From Arenicellales bacterium (GTDB lineage Bacteria; Pseudomonadota; Gammaproteobacteria; Arenicellales; JAJDZL01): DNA of 64,000 bases. The notes beneath the pieces are model-generated. The model saw nothing but the letters and a program-made list of their open reading frames with translations, was not told the origin of the DNA and searched no databases. The translations under genes and the position numbers were made by a program. The stretch is taken from positions 1,869,399 through 1,933,398 of the forward strand of contig OZ244840.1 in NCBI GenBank assembly GCA_965220725.1, read 5' to 3'. Shown here piece by piece: positions 19,961-32,444 of the stretch. The stretch's first letter is position 1, and every line of letters begins with the position of its first letter.

Positions 19961-22006
19961 TCAGGCGCGCAGTGCCACATCGACAAATGTTTCGTTGTAG
20001 CAGGCGCCCCGGTCAAGGTCCGCTCTGATATCAGACGGGATCAGCGCGTTGACCGTCAGGCCTGTTTCGCTGGTGTTGCGCCAGGTTCCTTTGGGAGAGT
20101 AGAGCACACCCTCGCGTGTTGCGTCGGATAGGACAACCTTCAGCGTGACTTTGCCACGCTCATTCCAAATGACTACGGTATCGCCGTCAGTCAATCCACG
20201 TGCCTCAGCGTCTGCCGGATTCATCTCGACGATTTCGATTCCGCCCGATGCATCGCAGCCACCAAAAGTCGCGTTCGTCCTTTTGCTGGATGACGGCGAT
20301 ATGAGGGTGAATGGCAGATTCTTCTCAACGGTTCGATAACGAGGGACTCCAAATCCGAATCGCTGTTCAAGGTCTGCCGAGTAGAGCTCGATTTTGCCGG
20401 ATTCAGTTGCCGGCGACACATTCTTGCACATGATGGTCGGTTCACCATCCGGAGAATCGAAACGAATCGCAGACTCAACCGAAATCTCGCTGGGCCGACG
20501 CCCCTCAAACCGAACATCATCACCCAGAGCGGCATCCATCAGTTGCTCGTCACTGTCCGAAAAAAGCGGATCAGTGAAGCCGAATCGTGCAGCAAGCCGG
20601 CGAAAGATTTCTGTGTTGGGCAGTGACTCACCGACATGCGGAATCACCGGCGCGGCGCGTTGCACATAGTTCTGACCGTAAGAACCATAGATGTCGTCGT
20701 ACTCAAAGTGGCTGGCAGCCGGCAATATGATATCCGCATACGCCATGCTGTCAGTCATCACGATATCTGATCCGACGATAAACAGGTCTTCGCGTTCCAG
20801 CGCCTTGATGGTGTTCGTCTGGTCGGGATGGGTGGCGACTGGATTATGGTTGTATATCATTATCGCCTTGACGGGTGGATCCAGCGCATCATCAAGCAAC
20901 AGCTGCGGTACATCAACGATATTGAAGGTTCGGGTCCCCTCGGGAATCAGGTCGGGACGTTGCAGTCGGTCATGTGTCATGGGAACTGACAATGCGGGTT
21001 TGGCGATTACTCCCGCACCGAGTCGGCCATGATTGCCGGTCAGTGCTTGCAGTGCCATCGCGGCACGTAATCCAGAACCGCCGCTGTGACCGCGTTCCAT
21101 GCCGTTTCCGATTGATACTGCGACTCTTTCTGCTTCAGTGTACAGATCAACAAACCGATGAAACTGTTCGGCGCTGAGACCACAGATGTCAACGACATCC
21201 TCGACTGAGTACTGCCGCGCCTGCGTCATGTACTGGTCAAATCCGATCGTCCACTCTTTGATGAATGCCAGGTCCAGTCTGTTTTGGCGTTCGAGTTCAG
21301 CTGCCACCGCCATGGCGAATACAACATCCGTACCGGGCATGATGTGAAGGTGAAGGTCGCTTTGCTCGGCGATTCGAATTCGCTTCGGGTCAATGGTGAT
21401 GAGCTTGGCACCTTTCTCACGCGCGTTTTTGATGACACGCGCCAAATGGAGATTCGAAACCGTGGCGTTGTTGCCCCACACCACGATCAGGTCGGAATGG
21501 ATTGCTTGTTCCGGTGCCATGCCCGGTGCGGCGCCGAACAGACTCGTGTACGATGTTCCTCGGACTGCTCCGCACAAAGGGCCGCGATCAAGTAGGGTTG
21601 CCCCCAACTTGTAGAAAAATCGTCGGTCCATGGAAGCGTCTGCGAGTTCGCCATGCGGGCCTGCGTAGTTGAAAGGCATGATCGACTGCGGTCCGAATTG
21701 TTCAATCGCGCGTGAGAATCCTTGATACACGTGATCAAGGGCTGCGTCCCAGGAAATTTGCTCAAACTGTCCTGATCCGCGTTTGCCTGTTCGTTTCAGC
21801 GGGACTCTCAGTCGTTTGTCCCCATGGATCATTTCCGGGTAATAGCGGGCGACTTTGTTGCAAATGACGCCGGCGGTGTAGGGGTTTGCGTCTGATCCGC
21901 GTATTTTGGTGATTTTGTTATCTGCAACCGTTACTTCCAAGCTGCAAGTATCGGGACAATCAAGTGGACATACGCTGTTGAGCACTTGCGATGCTGTATT
22001 GTTCAT
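19961..22006 (-). CDS. molybdopterin (bis-MGD)-dependent oxidoreductase
   Basis: CPLDCPDTC...C 4Fe-4S motif; VIDP-like, PGTD and YADIILPAA motifs; molydop-binding C-terminus (MNPADAEARG). Confidence 0.92.
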   Translation of the reverse strand: MNNTASQVLNSVCPLDCPDTCSLEVTVADNKITKIRGSDANPYTAGVICNKVARYYPEMIHGDKRLRVPLKRTGKRGSGQFEQISWDAALDHVYQGFSRAIEQFGPQSIMPFNYAGPHGELADASMDRRFFYKLGATLLDRGPLCGAVRGTSYTSLFGAAPGMAPEQAIHSDLIVVWGNNATVSNLHLARVIKNAREKGAKLITIDPKRIRIAEQSDLHLHIMPGTDVVFAMAVAAELERQNRLDLAFIKEWTIGFDQYMTQARQYSVEDVVDICGLSAEQFHRFVDLYTEAERVAVSIGNGMERGHSGGSGLRAAMALQALTGNHGRLGAGVIAKPALSVPMTHDRLQRPDLIPEGTRTFNIVDVPQLLLDDALDPPVKAIMIYNHNPVATHPDQTNTIKALEREDLFIVGSDIVMTDSMAYADIILPAASHFEYDDIYGSYGQNYVQRAAPVIPHVGESLPNTEIFRRLAARFGFTDPLFSDSDEQLMDAALGDDVRFEGRRPSEISVESAIRFDSPDGEPTIMCKNVSPATESGKIELYSADLEQRFGFGVPRYRTVEKNLPFTLISPSSSKRTNATFGGCDASGGIEIVEMNPADAEARGLTDGDTVVIWNERGKVTLKVVLSDATREGVLYSPKGTWRNTSETGLTVNALIPSDIRADLDRGACYNETFVDVALRA

Positions 22007-22345
22007 CTTTGTTACGCCTTACGAGTGATGAATTCCAAACTGGAGACTAGGGTGAGTATTGTACTCAGTAAAAAGTGTCGGACATCAATGAGTTGCGTTT
22101 TGTGCTGAACTCCATGGAATTGATTGATAACGAGAGAAAGTCAGATTGATCAAGTCATTCGTTGTGTCTAATCTACCTGAATTTGCTGTTCCTTGGACCT
22201 GCTGTGTTGGACGTTTTGGGGAAGTGAATTGCTTTGGGTTTTCGAAAAGGAATTTGAGTAGTTTCAGGATTAATCAAACCTTCCCCAGACTCTCTACTCA
22301 CCGTAGTCGCTTCGACCAGTTCGGGGCAGCGGCAGTCCAATTCAA

Positions 22346-23512
22346 TCAATGAATTAACTCTTTCAGCAAATGATCGAGATTACAAACCATCTGGGAATCA
22401 TTGCCGGCAGGCTTGGTGGAATTGCAAATCAGTATACGGCGGTCAGCGTCGATAAGATCAGCCACAGAATTCAATCTTGCCAGGTCGCTATGACCAGGTC
22501 TGGAGGTCAACTTGACTTCAATAGCCCACAGGCCGAAATTAGATTTGATTACCAAATCCAATTCATACTGATCGCTGGTGCGGAAGTGATAAGCATTGAA
22601 ATATCGGCCTGTGGCACGCATGGTTGCCAGAATCTGATTGATCACAAATCCTTCCCAACTCGCGCCGACAGATGGGTGACGCAGCAATTCATCTTGATTT
22701 TTGATGTCCAGCAGGGCATGCAGCAAGCCAGTGTCACGAAAATAGAATTTTTTGCTTTTTACCAGACGCTTTCGAGTGGTTGTTTGGAATGCGGGAAGTC
22801 GCAAAACGAGAAAGGAACCTTCCAGAAATTCGAGGTAGCGATTGATCGTGTGATAGGACAGTCCAAGACTTTTCCCGAATTGACTTGCATTCCAAAGTTG
22901 ACCTTGACGCGTCGCGAGCAATGACAGAAGTTTTAGTGTTGTGTGCCCACTACATGGCATTCCCCACTTTGGAAGATCTCGCTTTGCGAGTAGCTGAAGA
23001 TAATTGATTTGCCAAGTTGGAAATTCGGAGTCGTTGAGAGCACCACCATCAGGGTAACCACCGGATAACCAAAGTTGAATGTGTTGGTTTTCCGTTTCGA
23101 GTTCAGACTTAAGGAATGTACTGAGTTCGACAATCGCCATTCTTCCAGCAAGTGATTGTGAAACCTGCGTCATCAGAGACGGTGATATGGAACTCAGTAG
23201 TAAGAATCGTCCGTTTCGTTTGCGATCTTTGTCGATGTCGCCTCGAAGCCGGTTGAATAGTTCAGGCCAAGTTTGAGCTTCGTCAATTACGACCAACCCC
23301 TCAGAATTAATTACATGATCCCAATCCAAATCGAGTGCAATTCTGTCTTCGGGTTTTTCCAAGTCGAAATAGTGATCTGAAATTGTTTCAGCCAATGTGG
23401 TTTTTCCTGATTGACGCGGACCAACCAATGCGACGGAAGGGTATTGTTCCAAGTATTTTTTGATGAGTTTGGTCGCAATACGAGGATACGCTATTTTATT
23501 TGGGTCAGTCAT
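22346..23512 (-). CDS. AAA-14 ATPase with C-terminal DUF4143 (PD-(D/E)xK-like) domain
   Basis: GPRQSGKT, VIDEAQ, LAGR, GGYP, KFYFRDTGLL, ELDLV...AIEVK; ATG at 23512. Confidence 0.9.
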   Translation of the reverse strand: MTDPNKIAYPRIATKLIKKYLEQYPSVALVGPRQSGKTTLAETISDHYFDLEKPEDRIALDLDWDHVINSEGLVVIDEAQTWPELFNRLRGDIDKDRKRNGRFLLLSSISPSLMTQVSQSLAGRMAIVELSTFLKSELETENQHIQLWLSGGYPDGGALNDSEFPTWQINYLQLLAKRDLPKWGMPCSGHTTLKLLSLLATRQGQLWNASQFGKSLGLSYHTINRYLEFLEGSFLVLRLPAFQTTTRKRLVKSKKFYFRDTGLLHALLDIKNQDELLRHPSVGASWEGFVINQILATMRATGRYFNAYHFRTSDQYELDLVIKSNFGLWAIEVKLTSRPGHSDLARLNSVADLIDADRRILICNSTKPAGNDSQMVCNLDHLLKELIH

Positions 23513-23537
23513 TTTAATCAGAATGCCGGAAAATGAT

Positions 23538-23669
23538 TCTATCTTGCAAAAACAATATATCAATTTAACAAGTCTTTTAAATCTATTCTGCAATCATTAT
23601 TATTCTATTATGCAAGAAAAATAAATCTATATTACAAAAATAAGATTTCTATCTTGCAAGAATCAAAGT
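23538..23669. repeat. six degenerate direct repeats at exact 22-bp period
   Basis: Core TCTATNNTGCAA begins at 23538, 23560 (degenerate), 23582, 23604, 23626 and 23648. Confidence 0.8.
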
Positions 23670-24166
23670 ACGCTTAGTTGGACGGGGCGCGTGAGGATGC
23701 ACCCCGGCCGAACGGTGAGACCGTCAACCGGGTGCATCTAGTGACCGACAATTGACCAGCGTTGATCTTACGGCGAATCCAAGCGTATAGCGAGCGGCAT
23801 TTCGAGCATGTGCACATCCAGTATCGGGCACCGATTTCGATTTCTAGGAAATCCGTCTTCGGAGGGTGGGACTGTGACAACTGCGGTTGGCAAAATGCTG
23901 TCAACAGTCAACATGAAATGGGTGCTTTCGTGTCCAGTATTTATTGAGCAAGACACAAACACTGCAATCTTGACCACTCATCGATACTCATCCGTCAAAG
24001 CCTGATGGCTAAGCCAATGCCTGAGGGTGGCAACCTGTATTAGCGTGACCCGCTCGAATCGTAGGGTATGGTGGTGTCAGCACTTGCGGATTCCGCGTAT
24101 GCTCAACAAAAATTGAACCCGCACATGACATGGAATCAAGTTCAGTGAGGCAACTCACAATCCGCT

Positions 24167-26122
24167 CTAATTCGTTTGCAATTCAGGCAAGTCTCGGTAA
24201 AGCTCCAGAGCCTCAGGATTGTCCAGCGCCTCAATATTGTCAATGGCCTCCCCATGAACGATCTTGCGCACTGCGACTTCAGTGATCTTTCCATTTTTGG
24301 TCCGCGGGATATCAGCAACCTGAATGATTTTCGCCGGTACATGCCTCGGCGAAGCATTAATCCGAATGATCTTCTTGATCCTGTCCGTCAGTGCGCTGTC
24401 AAGTGAAACGCCATCGCGCAACCGGACAAAAAGAACGACCCGTGTGTCGCCTTCCCATCTTTGACCGATGACCAGGCTTTCAACAACTTCATCGACCTGT
24501 TCCGCCTGCCGATAGATCTCTGCAGTACCGATTCGTACACCACTTGGATTGAGCACGGCATCAGAGCGGCCATAGACAATCATCCCCCCGTGTTCGGTCA
24601 GTTCAACGTAGTCACCATGATGCCAGACACCTGGAAACCTCTCGAAGTAGGCTGAACGGTACTTTTCATCGTTCTCATCATTCCAGAATCCAATCGGCAT
24701 TGAAGGGAAGGCCTTGCGGCAAACCAATTCACCCTTGGTACCCGCCTTTACTTCATTGCCGCGATCATCAAAAACCGCAACATCCATGCCAAGCCCCTTG
24801 CACTGGATCTCACCGCGCCAGACCGGCAAGGTGGGATTGCCCAGAACGAAGCACGAGATCAAATCTGTCCCGCCGGAAATGGATGACAGGCACACATCCT
24901 GTTTGATGGCGTCGTAGACATAGTCAAAGCCTTCCGGATTCAGGGGCGAACCGGTTGACATGATGGTTTTCAGCGACGACAGATCATGTGTGCTTCCTGG
25001 ACGAACGCCGGCCTTGGCAATGAAATCGATGTACTTAGCCGATATGCCGAAATAGTCAATTGAATGCTCGGAAATGTAGTCAAAAAAGGCGGTCTCAGCC
25101 GGCATGAAGGGAGAACCCTCATACAACACAATCGTCGCCTCCGAAGCCAACGCGGAGACCAGCCAATTCCACATCATCCAGCCGCAGGTCGTAAAAAAGA
25201 ATAACCGCTCTTCGGGTTTGAGATCGACATGCAGACGATGTTCCTTGAGGTGTTGCAGCAAAGTGCCGCCTGCACCGTGGACAATGCATTTGGGCTTGCC
25301 TGTGGTACCCGATGAGAACAGGATGAAAAGAGGGTGATTGAATGGCAGTTGTGTGTGATCGATAGGATCGCTCGAAAATCCTGCCATAAAGTCGTCCAAC
25401 AATACGGAGTTCTCGACGTGTTCGGCCGTTGGACCATCTAGATAGGGTACAAGCAGGGTGTTTTCCAACGATGGCAGACTCTGAACGATCTGGGCCAACT
25501 TTCCGGTGATGTCGAATTGCTTGCCCCCATACATGTAACCGTCGACCGAGATCAGCAGTTTGGGTGCGATCTGCCCGAATCGATCGATCACACCCTGTGC
25601 CCCGAAATCCGGCGAGCACGATGACCAGGTTGCACCGCACGAGGCGGCGGCCAGCATGCAGATGACAGTCTCAGGAATGTTCGGCATGTAGGCAACGATC
25701 CGGTCGCCGGCTTCTATGCCTGCCGCCTGATAGGCTCTTACGAGACGATTGACCTGCTGGTTCAGTTGTGCGTAAGTGATGATCCGGTCCGGCTTGCCCT
25801 CTCCCCGGGAGATGATTGCGGGTGTGTCGTCACTTCGGCGCAACAGGTTTTCGGTAAAGTTCAGCCGGGCATCCGCGAACCAACTCGCACCAGGCATTCG
25901 ATCAATGTTTTCGACTATCTGGGCGCCGGTATCCGAGGTGCGGACATCGCAGTACCACCAGATTGTTTTCCAGAAGTTTTCCGGATGCTCAACAGACCAT
26001 CTGTGCAGTGAATCAAAATCGCTGAGCTCAACATTCCATTGGCGATTGGCAAAACGGATGAACTCAGTCAGATTAGCCTGATTGATTCTTTCAGGAGTAG
26101 GTTCCCACAGTGGCTTGTTCAT
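24167..26122 (-). CDS. acetoacetate--CoA ligase
   Basis: LFSSGTTGKPKCIVHGAGG, TTCGWMMWNWL, SISGGTD, GRSDAVLNPSGVRIGTAEIY. Confidence 0.93.
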   Translation of the reverse strand: MNKPLWEPTPERINQANLTEFIRFANRQWNVELSDFDSLHRWSVEHPENFWKTIWWYCDVRTSDTGAQIVENIDRMPGASWFADARLNFTENLLRRSDDTPAIISRGEGKPDRIITYAQLNQQVNRLVRAYQAAGIEAGDRIVAYMPNIPETVICMLAAASCGATWSSCSPDFGAQGVIDRFGQIAPKLLISVDGYMYGGKQFDITGKLAQIVQSLPSLENTLLVPYLDGPTAEHVENSVLLDDFMAGFSSDPIDHTQLPFNHPLFILFSSGTTGKPKCIVHGAGGTLLQHLKEHRLHVDLKPEERLFFFTTCGWMMWNWLVSALASEATIVLYEGSPFMPAETAFFDYISEHSIDYFGISAKYIDFIAKAGVRPGSTHDLSSLKTIMSTGSPLNPEGFDYVYDAIKQDVCLSSISGGTDLISCFVLGNPTLPVWRGEIQCKGLGMDVAVFDDRGNEVKAGTKGELVCRKAFPSMPIGFWNDENDEKYRSAYFERFPGVWHHGDYVELTEHGGMIVYGRSDAVLNPSGVRIGTAEIYRQAEQVDEVVESLVIGQRWEGDTRVVLFVRLRDGVSLDSALTDRIKKIIRINASPRHVPAKIIQVADIPRTKNGKITEVAVRKIVHGEAIDNIEALDNPEALELYRDLPELQTN

Positions 26123-26210
26123 GGCTGTCACCTCCACGTCCAAAATACACCGGCATCATTCCCAACGATGTGAATGCCAGCCGGCAGGTGGATCAAGTCT
26201 CAGAATTCCA

Positions 26211-26678
26211 TCAGTCGAACTTCGCATATTGCAAGGGCAGGGCAGTGGTGTACTTGAGTCTTTCCATCGCGAAACTGGAACTGACGTCATGAATGTCCGC
26301 CGACGAAATCAGTCGTTTGTAGAATTTGTCAAACTCGTTGATGTCAGGCACGACAACCCGCATCAGGTAGTCAATCTGACCGCTCATGCGGTAAAACTCC
26401 ACCACCTCGGGAAACTCAATCACCGCCTGCGCGAATTTTTCCAACCAGGCGGCGTTGTGCTGATTCGTGCGGATGGCGACGAATACATCGACACCCAGAT
26501 TGAGCTTGTCACGATTCAACAGTCCGACTTTTGAGAGAATCACGCGCTCCTGTTCGAGTTTTCGGATCCGCCTCCAGCATGGTGTGGTGCTCAGATTGAC
26601 TGTTTCCGCGATCTGGCTGGCGGACATGTCGGCATCCTGCTGAATACAATCTAAAATTTCAAGATCAATTTTGTCCAT
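26211..26678 (-). CDS. Lrp/AsnC family transcriptional regulator (DecR/YbaO-like)
   Basis: MDKIDLEIL, LSTTPCWRRI, EFYRMSGQIDYL, SSFAMERLKYTTALP. Confidence 0.92.
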   Translation of the reverse strand: MDKIDLEILDCIQQDADMSASQIAETVNLSTTPCWRRIRKLEQERVILSKVGLLNRDKLNLGVDVFVAIRTNQHNAAWLEKFAQAVIEFPEVVEFYRMSGQIDYLMRVVVPDINEFDKFYKRLISSADIHDVSSSFAMERLKYTTALPLQYAKFD

Positions 26679-27007
26679 AGTAAAAATATCCTCCATTTTT
26701 ATGGTTTCCTGCAAATAATAACCAAAAACTTCGCAACTCGCAATAAGAATTTGTAGGATCATTTCCAACTCCGGGCTGCCGGGTGGTCAATGGTTTGTGA
26801 CGCCGGAATCCAGGACTGATTCAATATCACTGCCTGCGAATTGATCTTTGTCAAACGAGGAGCTTCAACTTCTGTCACGATAATTCGCTGTTGACGAAAA
26901 ACAGGCTTTCGAACTGATATATAATCAACCGTCCGACTTGAGAGTCATCAGGTTGGATTCATCTGATTACCCATATTTGTTCGTACCCCCGGAGGTGTGA
27001 TTGATCG

Positions 27008-27223
27008 ATGCCAAGTGTTCGTGTCAAGAATGACGAACCGTTCGACGTAATTGTCCGCAGGTTTCGCCGTTCGTGTGAGAAGGCTGGTGTATTCAGCGAA
27101 GTGAGAAAACGCGAGTATTACGAGAAACCAACGACTGCCAGAAAGAGAAAGGCTGCGGCAGCCGTAAAGCGGGAGCAAAAGCGTATAAGCAGAGAACGCG
27201 GCTACAGAACCCGATCCTACTGA
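27008..27223 (+). CDS. rpsU: 30S ribosomal protein S21
   Basis: [11 protein letters not shown]...REYYEKPT. Confidence 0.97.
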   Translation: MPSVRVKNDEPFDVIVRRFRRSCEKAGVFSEVRKREYYEKPTTARKRKAAAAVKREQKRISRERGYRTRSY

Positions 27224-27536
27224 AGTTCCCAATCGCAATTCCCTCTTGAGTTGCCCTCAAGTTGTTTGCTGCGCGAGCATGGCTCTGTCAGGTCGTGATC
27301 TTCCGCTCGGCTGAACCCGATTATGCTAGGTGAAAGCGTGTTCACTGACCGACATTGATCCCGATTTTGAAAGTCGAAAAAATGACGATTTTTGTTGACG
27401 AAATGACAACGAAAAGGTATATTTTGCCTTTTCATTTTGCTTGATGATTCCGTTATGCTGAGCGTTGTGATGCGGTAAGGCAGACCAGTAGTTTCGGAAA
27501 ATCACTCAAGTCAATCAAACTTTCACATTCAATCCT

Positions 27537-27914
27537 ATGTACGCAATAGTTGAAACCGGCGGTAAGCAGTTCCGGGTCGAGCCCGGTGAGAAAATCCGCG
27601 TTGAGCGGCTCCCTACTCCGGTCGGAGAAAATGTTCAATTCGAAAACGTGTTGCTGGTCGTCAACGAGACAGAGACGCTGATCGGAACGCCACACGTCGA
27701 GAATATGCCGGTGTTTGCCAAGGTGCTGGACCACGGGCGGGGCGAAAAGATCAAGGTCGTCAAGATGAAGCGTCGGAAAAACTACCGACGCACCCAGGGT
27801 CACCGGCAAAACTACACCGAACTCGAGATTCTGAGCATCGGTGAGGAGCCGCAGACCGAGTTGCCGGCTGAAGTGCCCGAAGAAGCACCGGAAGCAACAT
27901 CGGATTCTGATTGA
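27537..27914 (+). CDS. rplU: 50S ribosomal protein L21 (acidic C-terminal extension)
   Basis: [11 protein letters not shown]...[14 protein letters not shown]. Confidence 0.97.
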   Translation: MYAIVETGGKQFRVEPGEKIRVERLPTPVGENVQFENVLLVVNETETLIGTPHVENMPVFAKVLDHGRGEKIKVVKMKRRKNYRRTQGHRQNYTELEILSIGEEPQTELPAEVPEEAPEATSDSD

Positions 27915-27959
27915 TACTGCTGTCAAACTGTCAACATTCATTGAAGAGGTAGTCGATTC

Positions 27960-28217
27960 ATGGCACACAAGAAAGCAGGCGGAAGCTCAAGAAACGGACG
28001 CGACTCGATCTCCAAACGGTTGGGCGTCAAACGATATGGCGGCGAACTGGTCGAGGCGGGCAACATCATCGTGCGTCAGCGCGGCAGCACGTTTCATCCC
28101 GGTCCGAACGTCGGGATGGGTCGCGACTATACGTTGTTTGCGACTGCCGACGGTCATGTCAAGTTTGAGACCAAGGGACCGATGCGGAAGAAAACCGTCA
28201 CCGTTGTGACCGCTTGA
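27960..28217 (+). CDS. rpmA: 50S ribosomal protein L27
   Basis: [16 protein letters not shown]. Confidence 0.98.
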   Translation: MAHKKAGGSSRNGRDSISKRLGVKRYGGELVEAGNIIVRQRGSTFHPGPNVGMGRDYTLFATADGHVKFETKGPMRKKTVTVVTA

Positions 28218-28294
28218 CCTCACTTTGAGCGGCCGCTCCGCTTTGGTCGTTCAATTCCAAATTGTTCCATTGTGTGCGTCCCTTTCTAGAGTGA

Positions 28295-30474
<2,180 letters not shown>

Positions 30475-30598
30475 AATCGAAATTAACTGAAATAATTTTG
30501 TCAATATTCGTGTATATTGCACAAACAATTTAATTTCGAGGCTGAGGGACGGTTTCGCTCCTCGGCGATTTTCTACCAAATTTGGAGTAATTTGAGTT

Positions 30599-31699
30599 AT
30601 GACATTATTTAAGAGAATGATTGGTATCGCAGTTTTGCTGTCGGTACTTATGATTCCGGGATTGTCCAATGCGCAGACTGTGATCCGCATTCAATCCGTC
30701 ATTCCGATCACCGGAGATGAAATTGTAATGCTGCGTCGTTTCGGCGACAACGTGTCCGCGCTGACCGGCGGAGAAGTTCAGATTGAGGTTCTTCCGGCAG
30801 GTGCGGTTGTTGGCGTGAGTGAAACGCTGGAAGCAGTCAATCAAGGCCTGATCGAAGGCGGGTTCGCCTGGACACACTATTGGTCCGGCTATCATCCGGC
30901 AGCCATGCTGTTCGGCTCACCAACCGCAGGTGCGGGTCTGGGAATTGACAACATCGCCTGGATTTCCTGGTATATGGAAGGTGGAGGCAAGGCCCTCTAC
31001 GAACGGCTTTGGGATGAGATGGGCATGAACGTCAAGGGACTCATGCTGCAACCCGTCGGCCCGGAAGCACTGGGTTGGTTCAAGGAGCCGATCGAAAGCA
31101 TGGATGATTTCCGAAAATACCGATTCAGAGCTCCTCCTGGAATTCCAGGACAGACCTATAACGACATCGGTGTTGCCGCGGTCGCCATGGGTGGTGGAGA
31201 TATCCTTCCTGCGCTGGAGAAAGGCACGATCGATGCTGCTGAGTGGTGCTGCCCGAAACCAGATTCGGTTTTTGGTTTCCAAAAGGTTCTCAAGCATTAT
31301 TACCTGCAGGGCCTGCACCAGGTGGTCGTGAACGCTGACCTTTACATCAATGGCGATGTCTGGGACAGCCTGACACCCCACCAGCAAAAAGCCATGGAAG
31401 TGTCCGCAGATGCTTCGCTGATGGCGTCCATGGCCTATCGAATCTACGAAAATGGCAAGGCATTGAAGGATCTCACCGAGAATCATGGCGTGATCCTGCA
31501 TGACACACCCGTGGATTACTTTTCCGAGTATATGAATGCGGTGTTGAACAGCATGGACAAGCATAAGTCTGAGAACGAGTTCTTCAACGAAGTCTGGACT
31601 TCCATGAAGGAGTTTGCTGATATTGCGGTACCCTTCTGGGCTGGCGCGCAAACCACCAATGCCAATCTGGGACAGGCTTACGCCAAGCAGAAGCAATAA
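30599..31699 (+). CDS. TRAP substrate-binding protein (TakP/keto-acid type)
   Basis: Signal peptide; EVLPAGAVV, ALEKGTIDAAEW. Confidence 0.9.
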   Translation: MTLFKRMIGIAVLLSVLMIPGLSNAQTVIRIQSVIPITGDEIVMLRRFGDNVSALTGGEVQIEVLPAGAVVGVSETLEAVNQGLIEGGFAWTHYWSGYHPAAMLFGSPTAGAGLGIDNIAWISWYMEGGGKALYERLWDEMGMNVKGLMLQPVGPEALGWFKEPIESMDDFRKYRFRAPPGIPGQTYNDIGVAAVAMGGGDILPALEKGTIDAAEWCCPKPDSVFGFQKVLKHYYLQGLHQVVVNADLYINGDVWDSLTPHQQKAMEVSADASLMASMAYRIYENGKALKDLTENHGVILHDTPVDYFSEYMNAVLNSMDKHKSENEFFNEVWTSMKEFADIAVPFWAGAQTTNANLGQAYAKQKQ

Positions 31700-31727
31700 C
31701 AGTCATTGACACGTAAAGAAGTGATAT

Positions 31728-31768
31728 AAGATACGCAGAATCCCAAACGGGACTACTGCGTATCTTTT
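31728..31768 (+). terminator. intercistronic stem-loop after the SBP gene
   Basis: AAGATACGCAG...CTGCGTATCTT 11-bp stem followed by T residues. Confidence 0.65.
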
Positions 31769-31829
31769 CACACATTACAATAAAGTCATCATCTACGAGA
31801 GATGACAGTCGAAGGGAGAGAGTGAAGCT

Positions 31830-32444
31830 GTGCCGGAAGAAGCACCGGAAATCACGGATATAACCGATGAGATGATCGCCGAGCGGCGCTCGTCCGGCAG
31901 TTTGTCAAACATGCCGGACGATATGCCTGGATGGATGGCGTTCCTGATCCGATGGATCGACACCATCAGTTTGTGGATTGGTCGGATTGTCTGCGTGTTT
32001 ACCGTGCCCTTGTTCATGATCATGGTCTATGAGGTGTTCATGCGCTATGTGTTCATTGCACCAACCATGTGGGCCTATGATCTGAGCCGAATGACGTACG
32101 GTGCGCTGTTCATGCTGGGTGCTGGTTATGCGCTTTCAAAAGGCATTCACATCCGGGCGGATTTCATCTACAGGAATTTTCCGGTTAAGGTACAGGGTTC
32201 GGTCGACGCCGCCTTGTATCTGCTGTTCTATTTTCCCGGCATGCTGGTGTTTCTATGGACGTCCATGGACTTTGCCGGTGTGGCCTGGTTCCGATTGGAA
32301 AAAGGCATGGATACGGCTTGGATGCCCTACGTGGCACCGATCAAGTCTGCGCTTCCGATTGGCGTGTTTTTCCTGCTGGTTCAGGGCGTTTCTGAATTTC
32401 TTAAGAGCATTTATGCCGCAACCCGCGGCCGGTGGCCGGTCTGA
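31830..32444 (+). CDS. TRAP small permease
   Basis: YEVFMRYVF, HIRADF, about 4 TM segments. Confidence 0.9.
   Translation: MPEEAPEITDITDEMIAERRSSGSLSNMPDDMPGWMAFLIRWIDTISLWIGRIVCVFTVPLFMIMVYEVFMRYVFIAPTMWAYDLSRMTYGALFMLGAGYALSKGIHIRADFIYRNFPVKVQGSVDAALYLLFYFPGMLVFLWTSMDFAGVAWFRLEKGMDTAWMPYVAPIKSALPIGVFFLLVQGVSEFLKSIYAATRGRWPV

Noticed and set aside
23538-23669. 22-bp periodic array as a CRISPR array
   Set aside because: The period is far too short, the repeats are degenerate, the linkers are only about 10 bp, and there are no cas genes
23674-24005. Short ORFs as an IS remnant or zinc-ribbon protein
   Set aside because: Only vague motif resemblance; cannot be supported without a search
30917-31696. 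Long antisense ORFs (also 7489-8133, 39182-39961, 52588-53781)
   Set aside because: Shadow frames opposite well-supported genes, expected from codon bias
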